DNA of 64,000 nt from an uncultured Mageeibacillus sp. (GCA_964486135.1 CAZAKT010000001.1:18631-82630); one strand, 5' to 3'. Counted from the first letter of the stretch, positions 48,518-60,210 are shown. Translations and numbers: made by a program. The notes: a model not told the origin generated them from the sequence alone.

Positions 48518-50413
48518 ATGAACCAAGCTTGGCTTTTCAATCAGGGAGAGAATTACCAAAGCTACAGAATGCTCGGTGCCCGTCCGGACCTCTCCCCTGA
48601 AGGAGACCCCGGCTTCCGTTTCGCCGTCTGGGCGCCGCGCGCGTCCGGCGTCAGTGTCGTCGGCGATTTCAATGGCTGGGATCCCAACTCCAATCATTTG
48701 CTCCCCTACGGAACGACCGGTATCTGGCAGGGCTTCGTCCCCGGCGCGGTTGAATGGCAGCGCTACAAATTTGCCATCCGGACCTCGGCGGGCCGGATCC
48801 TGTTAAAGGCCGACCCCTACGCGCGTCACGCTGAGACCAGGCCGGGCACGGCCTCAATCCTCTATCAGGCTGAAGACGATTATGAGTGGGGTGACGCGGC
48901 TTATAGGGAGGCCAGGCCTGACGCCCTGGAAGTGGGGCCACTCAATATCTATGAAGTACACCTGGGAAGCTGGCGGCGATACGCCGATGGCCAGGTCTAC
49001 AATTACCGGGACATCGCCCCCCAGCTGGCTGAGTATTGTCTTGAAATGGGTTACAACGCGGTGGAGTTGATGCCTGTTATGGAGTATCCGCTCGATGCCT
49101 CCTGGGGCTACCAGGTGACTGGCTATTTCGCGGTGACCTCCCGTTACGGGACGCCGGCCGATCTCAAATATCTGATCGATACAATGCACCAATCGGGAAT
49201 CCGGGTCATCCTTGATTGGGTGCCCTCGCATTTCCCCAGGGACGATTTCGCCCTGGCCCGATTCGATGGACAGCCGCTCTACGAGGATCCGGACACAAGG
49301 CGGGGCGAGCATTCAGACTGGGGCACGCTGGTCTTCAACTACAAGCTCCATGAGGTCAAGTCCTTCCTCCTTTCAAGCGCCTGGTTCTGGGTTAACGAGT
49401 TTCACGCTGACGGCTTGCGTGTTGACGCAGTCAGCAGCATGCTTTATCTGGATTTCGGCCGCCCTGAGGCTGAGCCCAACCAGGAGGGAACTTATGAAGA
49501 TCTGGAAGCCATCCAGTTTCTCAAGACCCTGAACGGTCTTATTCGAAAACATTTCCCCCACTGTGTCCTGGCAGCTGAGGAGTCGACACCCTATCCCCTG
49601 GTTACGACACCGGTTTCGGGAGGGGGGCTGGGCTTCACCCATAAATGGAATATGGGCTGGATGAATGACACCCTGTCCTATATGGAGGCCGATTACTACG
49701 CCCGCGGCCATTTCCATGACAAGATCACCTTTTCGATGACCTACGCTTTCAGTGAGAACTTTATCCTCCCCTTTTCACATGATGAGGTGGTTCACGGGAA
49801 AAAATCCCTCCTGGGCCGTATGCCGGGCGATTATTGGCGTCAATTTGCCTCCCTCAGGGCCTGCTATATGTATCAGATGTCGCATCCGGGCGCCAAACTG
49901 AATTTCATGGGCAATGAATTCTCCCCCTTTATTGAATGGCGCTACTATGAGGAACTGGAATGGTTTCTGCTCAAGTATCCCCGGCACAGCCAGATGAGGG
50001 ATTTTGTCAGAATCCTCAACCATCTCTACCTGAAACACCCGGCTTTCTGGGAGGTCGACCGGTCCTGGGAAGGCTTCCAGTGGCTCCATGCCGATGATCG
50101 TGAGGGGAGCACCTTTGCCTATAGGCGGAAGTCGGTCGGGGATGCAGAGGTCCTCCTGGTTATTTTGAATATGACTCCCGCCTCCTTTGACAATTACTCC
50201 ATCCGGCTGCCTGCGGCCGGCCGCTATCGCCTGCTCCTGAACAGTGACGCCGTCCGTTTCGGGGGCAGTGGCTACGGTGGGCTTGACGGGGAGGCGGTTT
50301 ATTTTGAAACGGAAGACAGGGGCGGTGAGGGCGGTCAGAATCATGAGTTGCTGCTTACCCTGCCACCGCTGGCCGGTATCTATCTGATTGAAGACAAGGA
50401 AAAGGAGGACTGA
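48518..50413 (+). CDS. glgB: 1,4-alpha-glucan branching enzyme
   Basis: It has '[17 protein letters not shown]', and the GH13 regions '[10 protein letters not shown]', 'GLRVDAV' and 'AEEST'. Confidence 0.92.
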   Translation: MNQAWLFNQGENYQSYRMLGARPDLSPEGDPGFRFAVWAPRASGVSVVGDFNGWDPNSNHLLPYGTTGIWQGFVPGAVEWQRYKFAIRTSAGRILLKADPYARHAETRPGTASILYQAEDDYEWGDAAYREARPDALEVGPLNIYEVHLGSWRRYADGQVYNYRDIAPQLAEYCLEMGYNAVELMPVMEYPLDASWGYQVTGYFAVTSRYGTPADLKYLIDTMHQSGIRVILDWVPSHFPRDDFALARFDGQPLYEDPDTRRGEHSDWGTLVFNYKLHEVKSFLLSSAWFWVNEFHADGLRVDAVSSMLYLDFGRPEAEPNQEGTYEDLEAIQFLKTLNGLIRKHFPHCVLAAEESTPYPLVTTPVSGGGLGFTHKWNMGWMNDTLSYMEADYYARGHFHDKITFSMTYAFSENFILPFSHDEVVHGKKSLLGRMPGDYWRQFASLRACYMYQMSHPGAKLNFMGNEFSPFIEWRYYEELEWFLLKYPRHSQMRDFVRILNHLYLKHPAFWEVDRSWEGFQWLHADDREGSTFAYRRKSVGDAEVLLVILNMTPASFDNYSIRLPAAGRYRLLLNSDAVRFGGSGYGGLDGEAVYFETEDRGGEGGQNHELLLTLPPLAGIYLIEDKEKED

Positions 50414-50417
50414 CAGG

Positions 50418-51698
50418 GTGGCTAGAAAAGAGACGATCGCAATGATTCTCGCAGGAGGACAGGGCTCGAGGCTGGGTGTCCTGACGGACTTCATTGCCAA
50501 GCCCGCCGTACCCTTCGGCGGCCGCTACAGAATAATCGATTTCCCTCTCAGCAACTGTATGAATTCGGGCATCGAAACGGTTGGGGTGTTGACCCAGTAT
50601 CAGCCGCTAGAACTCAATTCCTATATAGGCAACGGTCACTCCTGGGACCTGGACCGGAACAACGGTGGTACCTATATCCTGCCGCCCTATCTGAGCCAGG
50701 AGGGCAATGAGTGGTACAAGGGAACGGCCAACGCCATCTATCAGAATATTCCCTTCGTCGACGGTTTCCAGCCCCGCTATGTCCTGATCCTTTCAGGTGA
50801 CCATATTTATAAGATGAACTATGCCGCCCTGGTGGCCCGCCATATTGAGAAGGAGGCCGAAGCGACGATCGCTGTCATTGAGGTTCCCTGGAGCGAGGCT
50901 CCTCGTTTTGGGATTATGAATACCGATGAAGAGCATCGGGTTCTGGAGTTTGAAGAGAAACCGGCCCAACCGAAGAATAATCTCGCCTCCATGGGGGTCT
51001 ATTGTTTCAGTTGGGATGTGTTGAGAAGGGTCCTGATCGAGGACGAGCGGAAAACAGATTCCAGGAATGATTTTGGTGGCGACGTCATCCCGGCCATGAT
51101 TGAGGAGGGACGCAAGGTCTACACCTATCATTTCGACGGCTACTGGAAGGATGTCGGGACCATCGCCTCCCTTTGGGAATCCAATATGGACCTGCTCGCC
51201 AAGCCGGACCAGATCGACCTTCGCGACATGTCCTGGCCGGTCTATTCGAAGAACCCCCAGCGTCCCTCTCACTATTTTGGTCCCGATTCCCTGGTAAACA
51301 ACGTGGCCGTGACAGATGGGGCCGAGATCTTCGGACAGGTCCAGAATTCCATAATCGGACACAATGTTGTGGTGGAAGAGGGGGCCCTGGTCCGGGATTC
51401 CATCCTCATGCCGGGCTCCCAGGTCGGGGCGGGCGCGGTCCTGGTACGCTGTATCGTCGGGATGAATACCATCATCGAGGCGGGTGTGCGCGCCAGTCCG
51501 GAGGAAGAGGACGGTTCGGATACCTTTTTGAGTGCCCTCTGCCAGGACGATATCACGGTTTTTGGCCCGGACCTGGTGATCCACGCCGGAGCCAGGATTA
51601 CCGGGAATTCCATGCTGGCCCTGGAGCATGCCAGGACGCATCCTGAACTTGTATCTGAAAGACCCAACCAAATAAGAAAGGAGATGGAACTATGTTGA
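50418..51698 (+). CDS. glgC: Glucose-1-phosphate adenylyltransferase, catalytic subunit
   Basis: It has '[16 protein letters not shown]...[19 protein letters not shown]'. GTG 50418 lies 9 nt after GGAGG. Confidence 0.92.
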   Translation: MARKETIAMILAGGQGSRLGVLTDFIAKPAVPFGGRYRIIDFPLSNCMNSGIETVGVLTQYQPLELNSYIGNGHSWDLDRNNGGTYILPPYLSQEGNEWYKGTANAIYQNIPFVDGFQPRYVLILSGDHIYKMNYAALVARHIEKEAEATIAVIEVPWSEAPRFGIMNTDEEHRVLEFEEKPAQPKNNLASMGVYCFSWDVLRRVLIEDERKTDSRNDFGGDVIPAMIEEGRKVYTYHFDGYWKDVGTIASLWESNMDLLAKPDQIDLRDMSWPVYSKNPQRPSHYFGPDSLVNNVAVTDGAEIFGQVQNSIIGHNVVVEEGALVRDSILMPGSQVGAGAVLVRCIVGMNTIIEAGVRASPEEEDGSDTFLSALCQDDITVFGPDLVIHAGARITGNSMLALEHARTHPELVSERPNQIRKEMELC

Positions 51699-52801
51699 AT
51701 CACGCCATGGGCCTGATCCTTGCCGATAACCGGCGTATCGAGCTTGGCGCCCTGAATCAACCCAGGGCACTCGCCGCCATCCCCTTTGCCGGCCGCTTCC
51801 GGATTATCGATTTTACCCTGTCCAATATGGTCAACTGCGGCATCAAGCGGATCGGGGTGGTTGCCTTGACCCGTTACAAATCGCTTATGGATCACATAGG
51901 TACAGGGTCCTGGTGGGACCTTGACCGGATGCGGCAGGGCCTTTACCTGATCCCACCCTATATTAACCCGGTAACCCGGGCTCCCGACCGGACCGACGCC
52001 CAGAGTATCATCGATTATGTCGACAGTGGGGACCAGGACTATGTCTTCATCTCCTCCAGCGACTACGTCTCCAATATCCGCTACCAGACCCTCCTGGCCC
52101 GCCATCTTGAATCAGGGGCTGATATATCCGTTTATTACGCCCGTGACGGTCTGGACACGGCCTCGTTTTCACTGGCGCTCGAACTGGACGAACAATCCTT
52201 CATCAAGGATCTGATGATTAACTACCCTGACCCCTCAAGCGAGCGGAATGCCTTCGGCCTGCTTGTCATTTCCAAGAAACTCTTGCTCCAGATACTGACC
52301 GAGATGATGGCCCGAGGCGTCACCGATTTTTCCATCGTCCGCCTCCTGCAGCTCTATGAACGCTATAAGATTTTGGCCGTTGAATGTGAAGGGATGATCT
52401 TGCGGATCTATGACGTGGCCAGTTATTTCGACGCCTCAATGAAATTACTGGACAACCAGGTCCGGAGCGAGCTTTTCCAGCTTGACCGGCCCATCTATAC
52501 CAAGGTTAAAAACAGGGCGCCCTGCATAGTCTCCCAGGAGAGCGGCAAAGTCAGCAATGTTCTGGCTTCGGATGGCTGTGCCATCATGGGAGAAGTGGAA
52601 AATAGCCTGCTCTTCCGGGGTTGCGTGATCGGAAGAAATGCCCGCGTGACCAACAGTGTACTCTTCCAGGATGTCCAGGTCTCGGAAGGTGTCGTCCTTG
52701 ATCACGTCATTATCGACAAGAACAGCGTGGTGAAAATGGGCGGCAGACTGCACGGGCGGCCGGGCTACCCCCTGGTCATCGAAAAAAATGCCATTGTCTG
52801 A
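51692..52801 (+). CDS. glgD: Glucose-1-phosphate adenylyltransferase, GlgD subunit
   Basis: It is a GlgC paralog lacking the GGxGxRL loop ('[15 protein letters not shown]'). It has '[16 protein letters not shown]' and sits in the Firmicute glgC-glgD arrangement. Confidence 0.85.
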   Translation: MLNHAMGLILADNRRIELGALNQPRALAAIPFAGRFRIIDFTLSNMVNCGIKRIGVVALTRYKSLMDHIGTGSWWDLDRMRQGLYLIPPYINPVTRAPDRTDAQSIIDYVDSGDQDYVFISSSDYVSNIRYQTLLARHLESGADISVYYARDGLDTASFSLALELDEQSFIKDLMINYPDPSSERNAFGLLVISKKLLLQILTEMMARGVTDFSIVRLLQLYERYKILAVECEGMILRIYDVASYFDASMKLLDNQVRSELFQLDRPIYTKVKNRAPCIVSQESGKVSNVLASDGCAIMGEVENSLLFRGCVIGRNARVTNSVLFQDVQVSEGVVLDHVIIDKNSVVKMGGRLHGRPGYPLVIEKNAIV

Positions 52802-52812
52802 GGGAGTCAACC

Positions 52813-54264
52813 GTGAAGATACTCTTTGTCACTTCTGAATTAAGCCCCCTGGCCTCGACCGGCGGACTGGGAGACGTCGCGGGTTCCCTGCCCGCGGCCT
52901 TGAGGCGGCAGGGACTGGATGTGCGCCTTATCCTCCCACTTTACAAGACCATAAAACAGGCCTATGCCTCGGAGCTTCATTTTATCCGCTGGTCGACCAT
53001 CCGGCTAGGCTGGCGGACCATGTATAGTGGCCTCTTCTCCATGGACCTGGGCGGTGTCCCGGTCTACTTGGTCGACAATGATTATTATTTTGGCCACGAA
53101 AGTCTCTATATTGATCCCGCCTTCGACATAGAGCGCTTTTCCTTCTTCCAGCGGGCCGTGCTCGAAGCCCTGGGTGAACCCATGGGCTTTGATCCAGACA
53201 TCCTGCACCTGAATGACTGGCAAACCGGCATGATACCCGTCATACTCGAAAGCCACTATCAAGCCTCCGGCTATCTTACCGATACACGGACCCTCCTGAC
53301 ACTCCACAACCTGAAGCATCAAGGGATCTTTGACCGGGAGACGGTACAGGATCTCTTTGACCTGGGCGATGAGTATATGACGGATTCAAAGGTCCTTCTC
53401 AAGGGGATCCCCAACTTCCTGAAGGCCGGGATTGTCTTCGCCAACCGGGTAACCACCGTTTCTCCCACCTATTCACGTGAAATAATGACGGAATTCTTCG
53501 GAGAAGGTCTGGACGAGCTCCTGGTCTCCCAGGGCTGGAAACTATCCGGCATATTGAACGGGATTGACACGGAGCTCTATAATCCGGAGACCGATCCTGA
53601 AATTGCCGCTACCTACACGCCAAGGGCCTGGGCACGGGGCAAGGCAGCCTGTAAAAAGGCCCTCCAGGAAGAACTGGGCCTGCCCACCGAATCCAAAACC
53701 CCGCTTCTTGCCATGATAAGCCGGCTGGATCGACAAAAGGGGATCGACCTTCTCTTACATATCCTGGATGAACTCCTGGAGGAAGAGCTTCAGTTGGTAC
53801 TGCTTGGAACCGGTGATCCCTTCTATGAGAAGGAACTCCAGGACGCGGAGGATAGGCATCCTGACAGGATGCGGGCCATCATCCAATATGATCGCCATCT
53901 GTCAAGGCGGATCTACGCGGGCGCTGACCTCTTTGTCATGCCCTCCCTTTTTGAACCCTGCGGCCTCTCCCAGATGATCGCCATGCGCTATGGAACCCTG
54001 CCTATCGTGCGCCAGACAGGTGGCCTTGCCGACACGGTGGACCCCTTCAATAAATTTGAGAAAACAGGGACCGGTTTTGGCTTTCTGAATATTAACGCCC
54101 ACGAACTGCTTTTCACTTCGAAGGAAGCGATCCGGGTTTTCCGGGAGGACCGGGAGAGCTGGAAGAATATGGTCAAGGCTGCTATGACCGGCGATTACAC
54201 CTGGAACCGGTCGGCTGAAGCCTATGAGGCTCTCTACCGCGATCTGCTTGAAGAATCGAGGTAG
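52813..54264 (+). CDS. glgA: Glycogen synthase (ADP-glucose type, GT5)
   Basis: It starts 'MKILFVTSELSPLASTGGLGDV' (KxGGL-type motif) and has 'PSLFEPCGLSQM'. Confidence 0.92.
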   Translation: MKILFVTSELSPLASTGGLGDVAGSLPAALRRQGLDVRLILPLYKTIKQAYASELHFIRWSTIRLGWRTMYSGLFSMDLGGVPVYLVDNDYYFGHESLYIDPAFDIERFSFFQRAVLEALGEPMGFDPDILHLNDWQTGMIPVILESHYQASGYLTDTRTLLTLHNLKHQGIFDRETVQDLFDLGDEYMTDSKVLLKGIPNFLKAGIVFANRVTTVSPTYSREIMTEFFGEGLDELLVSQGWKLSGILNGIDTELYNPETDPEIAATYTPRAWARGKAACKKALQEELGLPTESKTPLLAMISRLDRQKGIDLLLHILDELLEEELQLVLLGTGDPFYEKELQDAEDRHPDRMRAIIQYDRHLSRRIYAGADLFVMPSLFEPCGLSQMIAMRYGTLPIVRQTGGLADTVDPFNKFEKTGTGFGFLNINAHELLFTSKEAIRVFREDRESWKNMVKAAMTGDYTWNRSAEAYEALYRDLLEESR

Positions 54265-54269
54265 ACCCC

Positions 54270-56306
54270 TTGCTCACAATCCAGCATGACGTCAGGTCGA
54301 ATTACTACCGTTCGCCGACGGGACCGGTCCCGGGAGGCAGCTTCATCCGCTTCAGGATAGGGGTGGAGGAAGAAGAGGAAAAGCTTGAATCCGTCCGCCT
54401 TTTTTACGTCTATGGCCTGAATCCCTTCCGTGAAGGCTTCAGTCGTATGGAAGGGGAGAGGGTGGGCCAGGCCCAGCTTTTTAGCGCCACAATCCAGATG
54501 GACCTGGAGCCAGGCCTCTTTTTTTATTGGTTTGAGGTCCGACTGACGGATGGCCGTTATCGATGGGGTTTTCCTGACCCTGCCAGCTATGGCCTGTGGG
54601 CGGAGACGCGGGTGTCAAGCCCTGATTTCCAACTCGACGGTTCGGAAGCGATCCCGGGCTTTCAGGTGACGGTCTTCGAGCCTGCTTTCAGAACGCCCGA
54701 TTGGATGAAGGGGGCAGTCCAGTATCAGATCTTTCCCGACCGCTATAACCGGGGCAGCCGCTTTGATGAGAGCCGGGCCCTGGCCCTTATGAAATGGCCT
54801 GAGCGCATCTGGCACAGTTCCTGGGAGGGGGAGCTTGATTATGAGGGCAAGGCGCCTGCTGGCTATCAGGCCTGCGATTTTTATGGGGGGACCTTGGCAG
54901 GGATTACAGAAAAACTCCCCCAATTGGCCTCCTGGGGCGTGACCGTCCTCTACCTCAATCCTGTTTTCCAGTCTCAGTCCAATCACCGCTACGATACGGG
55001 TGATTATTTGACGGTTGACCCCCTGCTCGGAAGCAATGGAGATCTGGTCGATCTCTTTAGGGAAGCCAGGGCGCTTGGTATCCGGGTAATCCTGGATGGG
55101 GTTTTCAGCCATACAGGTGCTGACAGTATCTATTTCAACCGTTATGACCGTTACGATTCGATCGGGGCTTGGCAGGAGATGCGGGACGGCACCCCTTCGG
55201 ATTACAGCTCCTGGTTTCGTTTTGCGGGCGACAAGAAGGTCCTGGATTTCACGGAGGAAGGAAGACTCATCTGCCTGGACAGTGAGGCCAGCCCCTCTGA
55301 CCCCCTGATTGCCTATGAGTGCTGGTGGGACTTCCCATCCCTGCCCAACGTCAACGAGGACGACCTTTCCTACAGGACCTTCATCTGCGGTCCTGAAGGG
55401 GTGCTGGCCCATTGGATCCGGCTGGGTTGCGCGGGCTTCAGGCTGGATGTGTCGGATGAGCTTCCCGACTCTTTCCTCCGCCTTCTCCGCTGGAGGGTGA
55501 AGGAGGAGGATCCGGATGCCCTGGTCCTGGGCGAGGTTTGGGAGGAGCCGACGGCCAAGATCAGTTATGGACACCACAGGGACTTCCTTTTCGGACGTAC
55601 CCACGACACGGTCATGGCCTACCCCTTCCGTGGGGCCGTCCTAGCCTTCCTGAAGAATGAAATCCAAGGGGAGGAGCTTGCCCTGTCCTTTGACCGGATG
55701 CTTTCCGTCACACCAAAAGAATCTCTTTACGCCCAGATGAACCTCCTGGGCAGCCATGATACGACCCGGGTCATCACTGAACTGGCAGGGCCTCCCTGCC
55801 CGGCCTCCCGCCCGGAGCAGGCCCGGCTCAAACTTGGCGATGACGAACGCAGGCGGGGGGAGGAGCTGGTTGTCACCGCCACTTTGCTCCAGCTGGCCTT
55901 TCCGGGTGCCCTGGCCCTCTATTACGGCGATGAGATCGGCATGGAGGGTTACCGGGATCCATTTAATCGCAGGACTTATCCCTGGCAGGACGGCGGCAGC
56001 CTGGATGAAAAGGAGATGACGGGACAGATTACCGACCTCATGCGCCTGAAGAGCCGGACGCCTGTCCTGAGGACGGGGAATTTTGAGATCCTCTACGCCA
56101 AGGGGCCAGCTCTCCTGTTCAGGCGCTCTCTGGATGCCCAGGCTTTGGATGCCTTCGGGAAGAGGCAGCCGGGTCCCCGGGAGGCCCTGATCACCGTCAA
56201 CCGTGACCCTTGTCCGGCTGCCCTCTCTGAAGAGTTTGGGGTCCAGCCCCTGCAGGGCAGGGGCGGCGCCCTTTATCTTGACGGAAAAGTGGTATTTATG
56301 ACTTAA
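54270..56306 (+). CDS. GH13 alpha-amylase-family enzyme (neopullulanase/cyclomaltodextrinase-like, with an N-terminal Ig-like domain)
   Basis: The four GH13 conserved regions are 'VILDGVFSHTG', 'GFRLDVSDEL', 'GEVWEE' and 'LLGSHDT'. The start is TTG. Confidence 0.8.
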   Translation: MLTIQHDVRSNYYRSPTGPVPGGSFIRFRIGVEEEEEKLESVRLFYVYGLNPFREGFSRMEGERVGQAQLFSATIQMDLEPGLFFYWFEVRLTDGRYRWGFPDPASYGLWAETRVSSPDFQLDGSEAIPGFQVTVFEPAFRTPDWMKGAVQYQIFPDRYNRGSRFDESRALALMKWPERIWHSSWEGELDYEGKAPAGYQACDFYGGTLAGITEKLPQLASWGVTVLYLNPVFQSQSNHRYDTGDYLTVDPLLGSNGDLVDLFREARALGIRVILDGVFSHTGADSIYFNRYDRYDSIGAWQEMRDGTPSDYSSWFRFAGDKKVLDFTEEGRLICLDSEASPSDPLIAYECWWDFPSLPNVNEDDLSYRTFICGPEGVLAHWIRLGCAGFRLDVSDELPDSFLRLLRWRVKEEDPDALVLGEVWEEPTAKISYGHHRDFLFGRTHDTVMAYPFRGAVLAFLKNEIQGEELALSFDRMLSVTPKESLYAQMNLLGSHDTTRVITELAGPPCPASRPEQARLKLGDDERRRGEELVVTATLLQLAFPGALALYYGDEIGMEGYRDPFNRRTYPWQDGGSLDEKEMTGQITDLMRLKSRTPVLRTGNFEILYAKGPALLFRRSLDAQALDAFGKRQPGPREALITVNRDPCPAALSEEFGVQPLQGRGGALYLDGKVVFMT

Positions 56307-56307
56307 A

Positions 56308-56334
56308 AAGCCCCCGCGCCGGGCGCGGGGGCTT
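56308..56334. terminator. Bidirectional intrinsic terminator between the GH13 gene and the pfk gene
   Basis: It is an 11-bp GC stem, AAGCCCCCGCG / CGCGGGGGCTT. The U-run (TTTTT) is on the minus-strand reading, downstream of pfp. The plus-strand side is flanked by an A-run. Confidence 0.75.
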
Positions 56335-56360
56335 CTCCAGAAAGATAGGGAAAATCAGCT

Positions 56361-57602
56361 TTATTCAACCGGGATTTTCTTCAGCCGGGCAAAGCGGGGG
56401 AGTCCATTCTCCCGACGCTGGTGAGCTTCCCCTTGGATCAGGGGGAGGGCATAATCGATGAAGTCCTGGGTCAGGCCATTGCCTTGCGGGTTGATCCAGT
56501 CAAGGGGTACCTGTTTCTCGTGATTGGCCACCTGCTCTAGGGGTACCTGGATGATCTCACAGCGGTAGGGCCCGGCTTCCGGCCTGGCAAATCCCATCAT
56601 GACATCGCTGACCCCTTCAAGGGCAGCCTTGACGCCGGAACGGCCGGCAAGGACCGCCTCTTCAATATCTGTGCCTGAGGCGGCATGGGCAGCTGAGCGC
56701 TGGAGCAGGGAGAACTCTATGCCTCTGACCTTGACGCCCAGTTCCTCGGAAAGAAGCTTGGCCAGGAGGGAGGCGACACCGCCCAGCTGCTTATGTCCGA
56801 AGGAGTCAGTTGAACGGGCGGAAAGCTGTTCGACGACCAGTTGGCCATCCGCCGTCATGATCCCCTCTGAAACACTGATCAGGACAATGTTCTTCTCCTT
56901 CAGGACCTCTTTGGCGTCGGCGATCATCTTATCCTGATCGAAGGGTATCTCCGGCAGGTAGATCAGGTCAGGCCCGCGGCCTATGGTAGTTGCCAGTGCC
57001 GACGCGCCAGCCAACCAGCCGGCATGCCGGCCCATACATTCGAAGATGACGGCGGTCGGATTCTTATAGGAATGCGCGTCGTGCCAAACTTCGGCAATTG
57101 AGGTGGCGACGTAGCGGGCAGCTGAACCGAAACCGGGGCAGTGGTCTGTACCGCACAGATCGTTATCGACAGTTTTGGGTATGCCGATCACCCGGCATTC
57201 GTAGTCGTGGTCCTTGAGATATTTTGAAATCTTGAGGCAGGTATCCATGGAGTCGTTGCCGCCATTATAGAAAAAGTAGCGGATATTGTGCTTGCGAAAG
57301 ACTTCAAGGATCCTCTTGTAATCGCTGTCATCCACGGCCGGATCGGCCAGTTTATAGCGGCAGGTGCCCAGGATGGAGGAGGGTGTACCGCAAAGGAGTT
57401 CGAGTTCTTCCCTGTCCTCCTTGGAAATATCGAGCAGATCGTCATTCAACACACCCTCGATCCCATGCCGCATTCCAAAAACACGGGGGATCAGGTCGGG
57501 GTGGTCAAGCGCTTCCAGAAATACACCGGCTGCGCTCGAATTGATGACGGAAGTCGGTCCACCCGACTGTCCAAAAACGAGATTACCTATTAATTTTGTC
57601 AT
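56361..57602 (-). CDS. pfp: 6-phosphofructokinase, predicted pyrophosphate-dependent (Pfp type)
   Basis: It has 'GQSGGPTSVINSS'. 'GGNDS' has Asp where ATP-dependent PFKs have Gly, and 'IPKTVDNDL' has Lys where ATP-dependent PFKs have Gly. Both are published discriminators of PPi specificity. GGAGG precedes the ATG. Confidence 0.82.
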   Translation of the reverse strand: MTKLIGNLVFGQSGGPTSVINSSAAGVFLEALDHPDLIPRVFGMRHGIEGVLNDDLLDISKEDREELELLCGTPSSILGTCRYKLADPAVDDSDYKRILEVFRKHNIRYFFYNGGNDSMDTCLKISKYLKDHDYECRVIGIPKTVDNDLCGTDHCPGFGSAARYVATSIAEVWHDAHSYKNPTAVIFECMGRHAGWLAGASALATTIGRGPDLIYLPEIPFDQDKMIADAKEVLKEKNIVLISVSEGIMTADGQLVVEQLSARSTDSFGHKQLGGVASLLAKLLSEELGVKVRGIEFSLLQRSAAHAASGTDIEEAVLAGRSGVKAALEGVSDVMMGFARPEAGPYRCEIIQVPLEQVANHEKQVPLDWINPQGNGLTQDFIDYALPLIQGEAHQRRENGLPRFARLKKIPVE

Positions 57603-57626
57603 TATTTTACCTCCATAACAGGTTCA

Positions 57627-59381
57627 TTATAGATCAAGTGAAGCGAAGAGACGGCTGGCCCGTTTTTTTACAAGCCAGGTCAAAAGGACAGACAGGGACA
57701 AGGAGAGGGCAAACAGGGATCCGGCCACAAGATAGGAATGGCCATTGCTTATCCGGCGGATCAAAAAGCCGAAGCCGATGAACAAGCCCAGATAGACGAA
57801 CATACCCAGGGCAGAAACCAGCGTGGCTTTCGTGTTTTTTACCGGTTGAATTTCATTGGTCCAGTCGAGGAGGGGAGAGAGCATATCAGTGTAAAAACCC
57901 ATGATCTGTATCAGATAGGCGTTGACCCAGGCCGTCACAAAAAGGGTCAGGCCAAAAAGGGAAGAGGCCCCCAAAAACAAGGTGGTGGCCAGGGAAATCA
58001 AGATCCAGGTCCCCGTCAAGGTAAGAATTCCGGGGGTTAGCCAGGCCAATATCTGAATATTTACAGGGACCGGCATTAGCTTTGAGTAGGCAAAGAGTTT
58101 TCCCTGTCGTGAAATTGAGGAAGCCGACATCATATTGGTGCCTGACAGGAAGACGGCGGCCCCCGAACTTATCATGACCAGGATCCAGAGGGATTCCTTC
58201 CAAAGGCCGGAGCCGGCCCACAGTCGGAGGAAACTTATTAGGGATATGCCTATCTCATTGGATTTTTCCAGATTGACGAAGGTGATGACCAGGATGACAA
58301 GCAGGAGAATTGGAATGAGGAGGGAGGACAGGACCGTCTGTGTAAAAAAGGCGGGTGTCCTGAGGAGTAGCTTCCATTCCCGGTCGAGGATGGCAAGGTA
58401 GGGCTTCCTGGGCTTCAGGGCCCGGGCCTGCTGTGAGTCGCTCAGCAGTTTAACCGGCCTGCCTCCCGCCTTCATTCCCAGAACGCCCGGCAGATAGAGG
58501 CGGCTGGCCAAAAGGAGGAGGGCAGCCAGGGCCCCGACATTTATAGCGAGGGCGATCAGACCATTGAGGAGGGTGTGCCAGGATCCGGCCTGGACGAGCA
58601 TGGCGGCGCTGAACCAGGAAGAGGGAAGAAAACGGAGGGGCCCCTGGATCAAGGGAGACGATCCATCCGGGGCAAAGAGCGCCCTTCCGGGTATCTGGCC
58701 ACCCGAAGACTGCAGGTTGATGAAGATGGAAAAGCTGATGGCGAGGACGACCGCAATGATCGAGGTGGCCATCTGGAAACGGTCCTTGTCCCGGGCGAAT
58801 TTTGTGTAGCGCATGAGGAGCATGATCAGGATGACTACCAGGGCGAAGGGGGCGAAGGTTGTCAGGAACATAAAGGGCAGGGCCTGGATGTAAAAGAGCC
58901 AAGGCCTGGCAGTCACCACGGCGTGGGCGATCAGGGCAGGGAAGAAGAGGGCGACGGGAAAGATCACGACAGGGATATAGGCCTGGGTCATCTTGCCGGC
59001 AATTATGATTGAGGGCTTGACTGGCAGGACCAGGAGGGCCTCAAGGCTGCTTTCATGATAGAGGGTGGGGATGGCCTGCAGGATGCCGAATAAGAGGACA
59101 AGAAGCGGGGCGCCAAGGGCAACCATCTGGATGAAGCCATCCTCATTTCCACTGACAAGGAGCTGTTTTGTGAAGCCGATCCCGTAGAGGACCGAATAAA
59201 AGGCCAGCATGGCGTAAATGAAGACGAAGAGAAGGCCGGTAGCCAGCTTGGAGGGTGGCTTACGATTCAAGGCCAATTTGCTTTTTCTCTTCTTTTTTCT
59301 TTTGCTCCCGGAGAAACCCTGGCTCAGGGCTCCCAACATTTCACTCCACAAGGGCCGCATCAGGATCAGGTACTGCTTCAT
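57627..59381 (-). CDS. Large polytopic ABC exporter permease ('putative ABC exporter' type)
   Basis: It is about 584 aa with more than 10 hydrophobic helices and a Lys-rich N-terminal stretch (SKRKKKRKSK). It lies 13 nt downstream of its ATPase gene. Confidence 0.68.
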   Translation of the reverse strand: MKQYLILMRPLWSEMLGALSQGFSGSKRKKKRKSKLALNRKPPSKLATGLLFVFIYAMLAFYSVLYGIGFTKQLLVSGNEDGFIQMVALGAPLLVLLFGILQAIPTLYHESSLEALLVLPVKPSIIIAGKMTQAYIPVVIFPVALFFPALIAHAVVTARPWLFYIQALPFMFLTTFAPFALVVILIMLLMRYTKFARDKDRFQMATSIIAVVLAISFSIFINLQSSGGQIPGRALFAPDGSSPLIQGPLRFLPSSWFSAAMLVQAGSWHTLLNGLIALAINVGALAALLLLASRLYLPGVLGMKAGGRPVKLLSDSQQARALKPRKPYLAILDREWKLLLRTPAFFTQTVLSSLLIPILLLVILVITFVNLEKSNEIGISLISFLRLWAGSGLWKESLWILVMISSGAAVFLSGTNMMSASSISRQGKLFAYSKLMPVPVNIQILAWLTPGILTLTGTWILISLATTLFLGASSLFGLTLFVTAWVNAYLIQIMGFYTDMLSPLLDWTNEIQPVKNTKATLVSALGMFVYLGLFIGFGFLIRRISNGHSYLVAGSLFALSLSLSVLLTWLVKKRASRLFASLDL

Positions 59382-59394
59382 CGGGGCGATTCCC

Positions 59395-60153
59395 TTACCA
59401 GGCGTCCAATTCCGTAAAGGAGCTATTGGACTCATCGTTGACCAGTCGCAGGAAAAGGGATTCAAGGGAGCTGTCGTCCGCGTACCGTTCCTTTAATTCA
59501 TCCATGGTTCCGACGAAAAGCAATCTGCCATTATCGATTACGCTGAGACGATCACATATCTTCTCCGCAACCTCCAGGACATGGGTCGAAAATAGGACGG
59601 TCTTGCCTTCATCCGCGTGTTGGCGCATCAATTGTTTCAACTGGAAGGAGGAAGCCGGATCCAGACCCGTCATAGGCTCATCCAGCAACCAGGCCTCGGG
59701 GTCGTGGAGGAGGGCTCCTGTCAGGATAAGTTTTTGCTTCATCCCGTGGGAGTAGGTCTTGATCATCTGATTCAGGGCCTGGTCGATACCAAAGCGGCGG
59801 GTCAGTTCCTGGACCCGGGCTTCCCTCTCCTCCTGGCCGACCTGGTAGATATCCCCGATGAAGCGGAGGTATTCAATCCCTTTCAATCGGACAAAGATAT
59901 CAGGATTGTCCGGAACGAAGGAGAAGGAGCGCTTGGCCTCGATCGGCATCTTTTCAATGTCAAAGCCATTTACAGAGATGGATCCCTGGTCAAGGGACAA
60001 AAGCCCGGTGATCAGTTTCAGTGTCGTCGTCTTTCCGGCCCCGTTGGGTCCGAGGAAGCCGAATATTTCACCCTCCTGTATATCGAGGGTAAGGTCGTCA
60101 ACCGCATTACGGACTCCGTCGTAACTCTTGCTTACATTTTTCAGTTTAATCAT
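59395..60153 (-). CDS. ABC transporter ATP-binding protein (ABC-2/CcmA-like)
   Basis: It has Walker A 'GPNGAGKTT', the signature 'YSHGMKQKL' and Walker B 'WLLDEPMTGLD'. The start is ATG 60153 or TTG 60165. Neither has a clear SD sequence. Confidence 0.85.
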   Translation of the reverse strand: MIKLKNVSKSYDGVRNAVDDLTLDIQEGEIFGFLGPNGAGKTTTLKLITGLLSLDQGSISVNGFDIEKMPIEAKRSFSFVPDNPDIFVRLKGIEYLRFIGDIYQVGQEEREARVQELTRRFGIDQALNQMIKTYSHGMKQKLILTGALLHDPEAWLLDEPMTGLDPASSFQLKQLMRQHADEGKTVLFSTHVLEVAEKICDRLSVIDNGRLLFVGTMDELKERYADDSSLESLFLRLVNDESNSSFTELDAW

Positions 60154-60210
60154 AAAAGGACCCAATTCAATCGCTGCAGAGCTGGATTACCCGACTTGTC
60201 AACCTTACCA

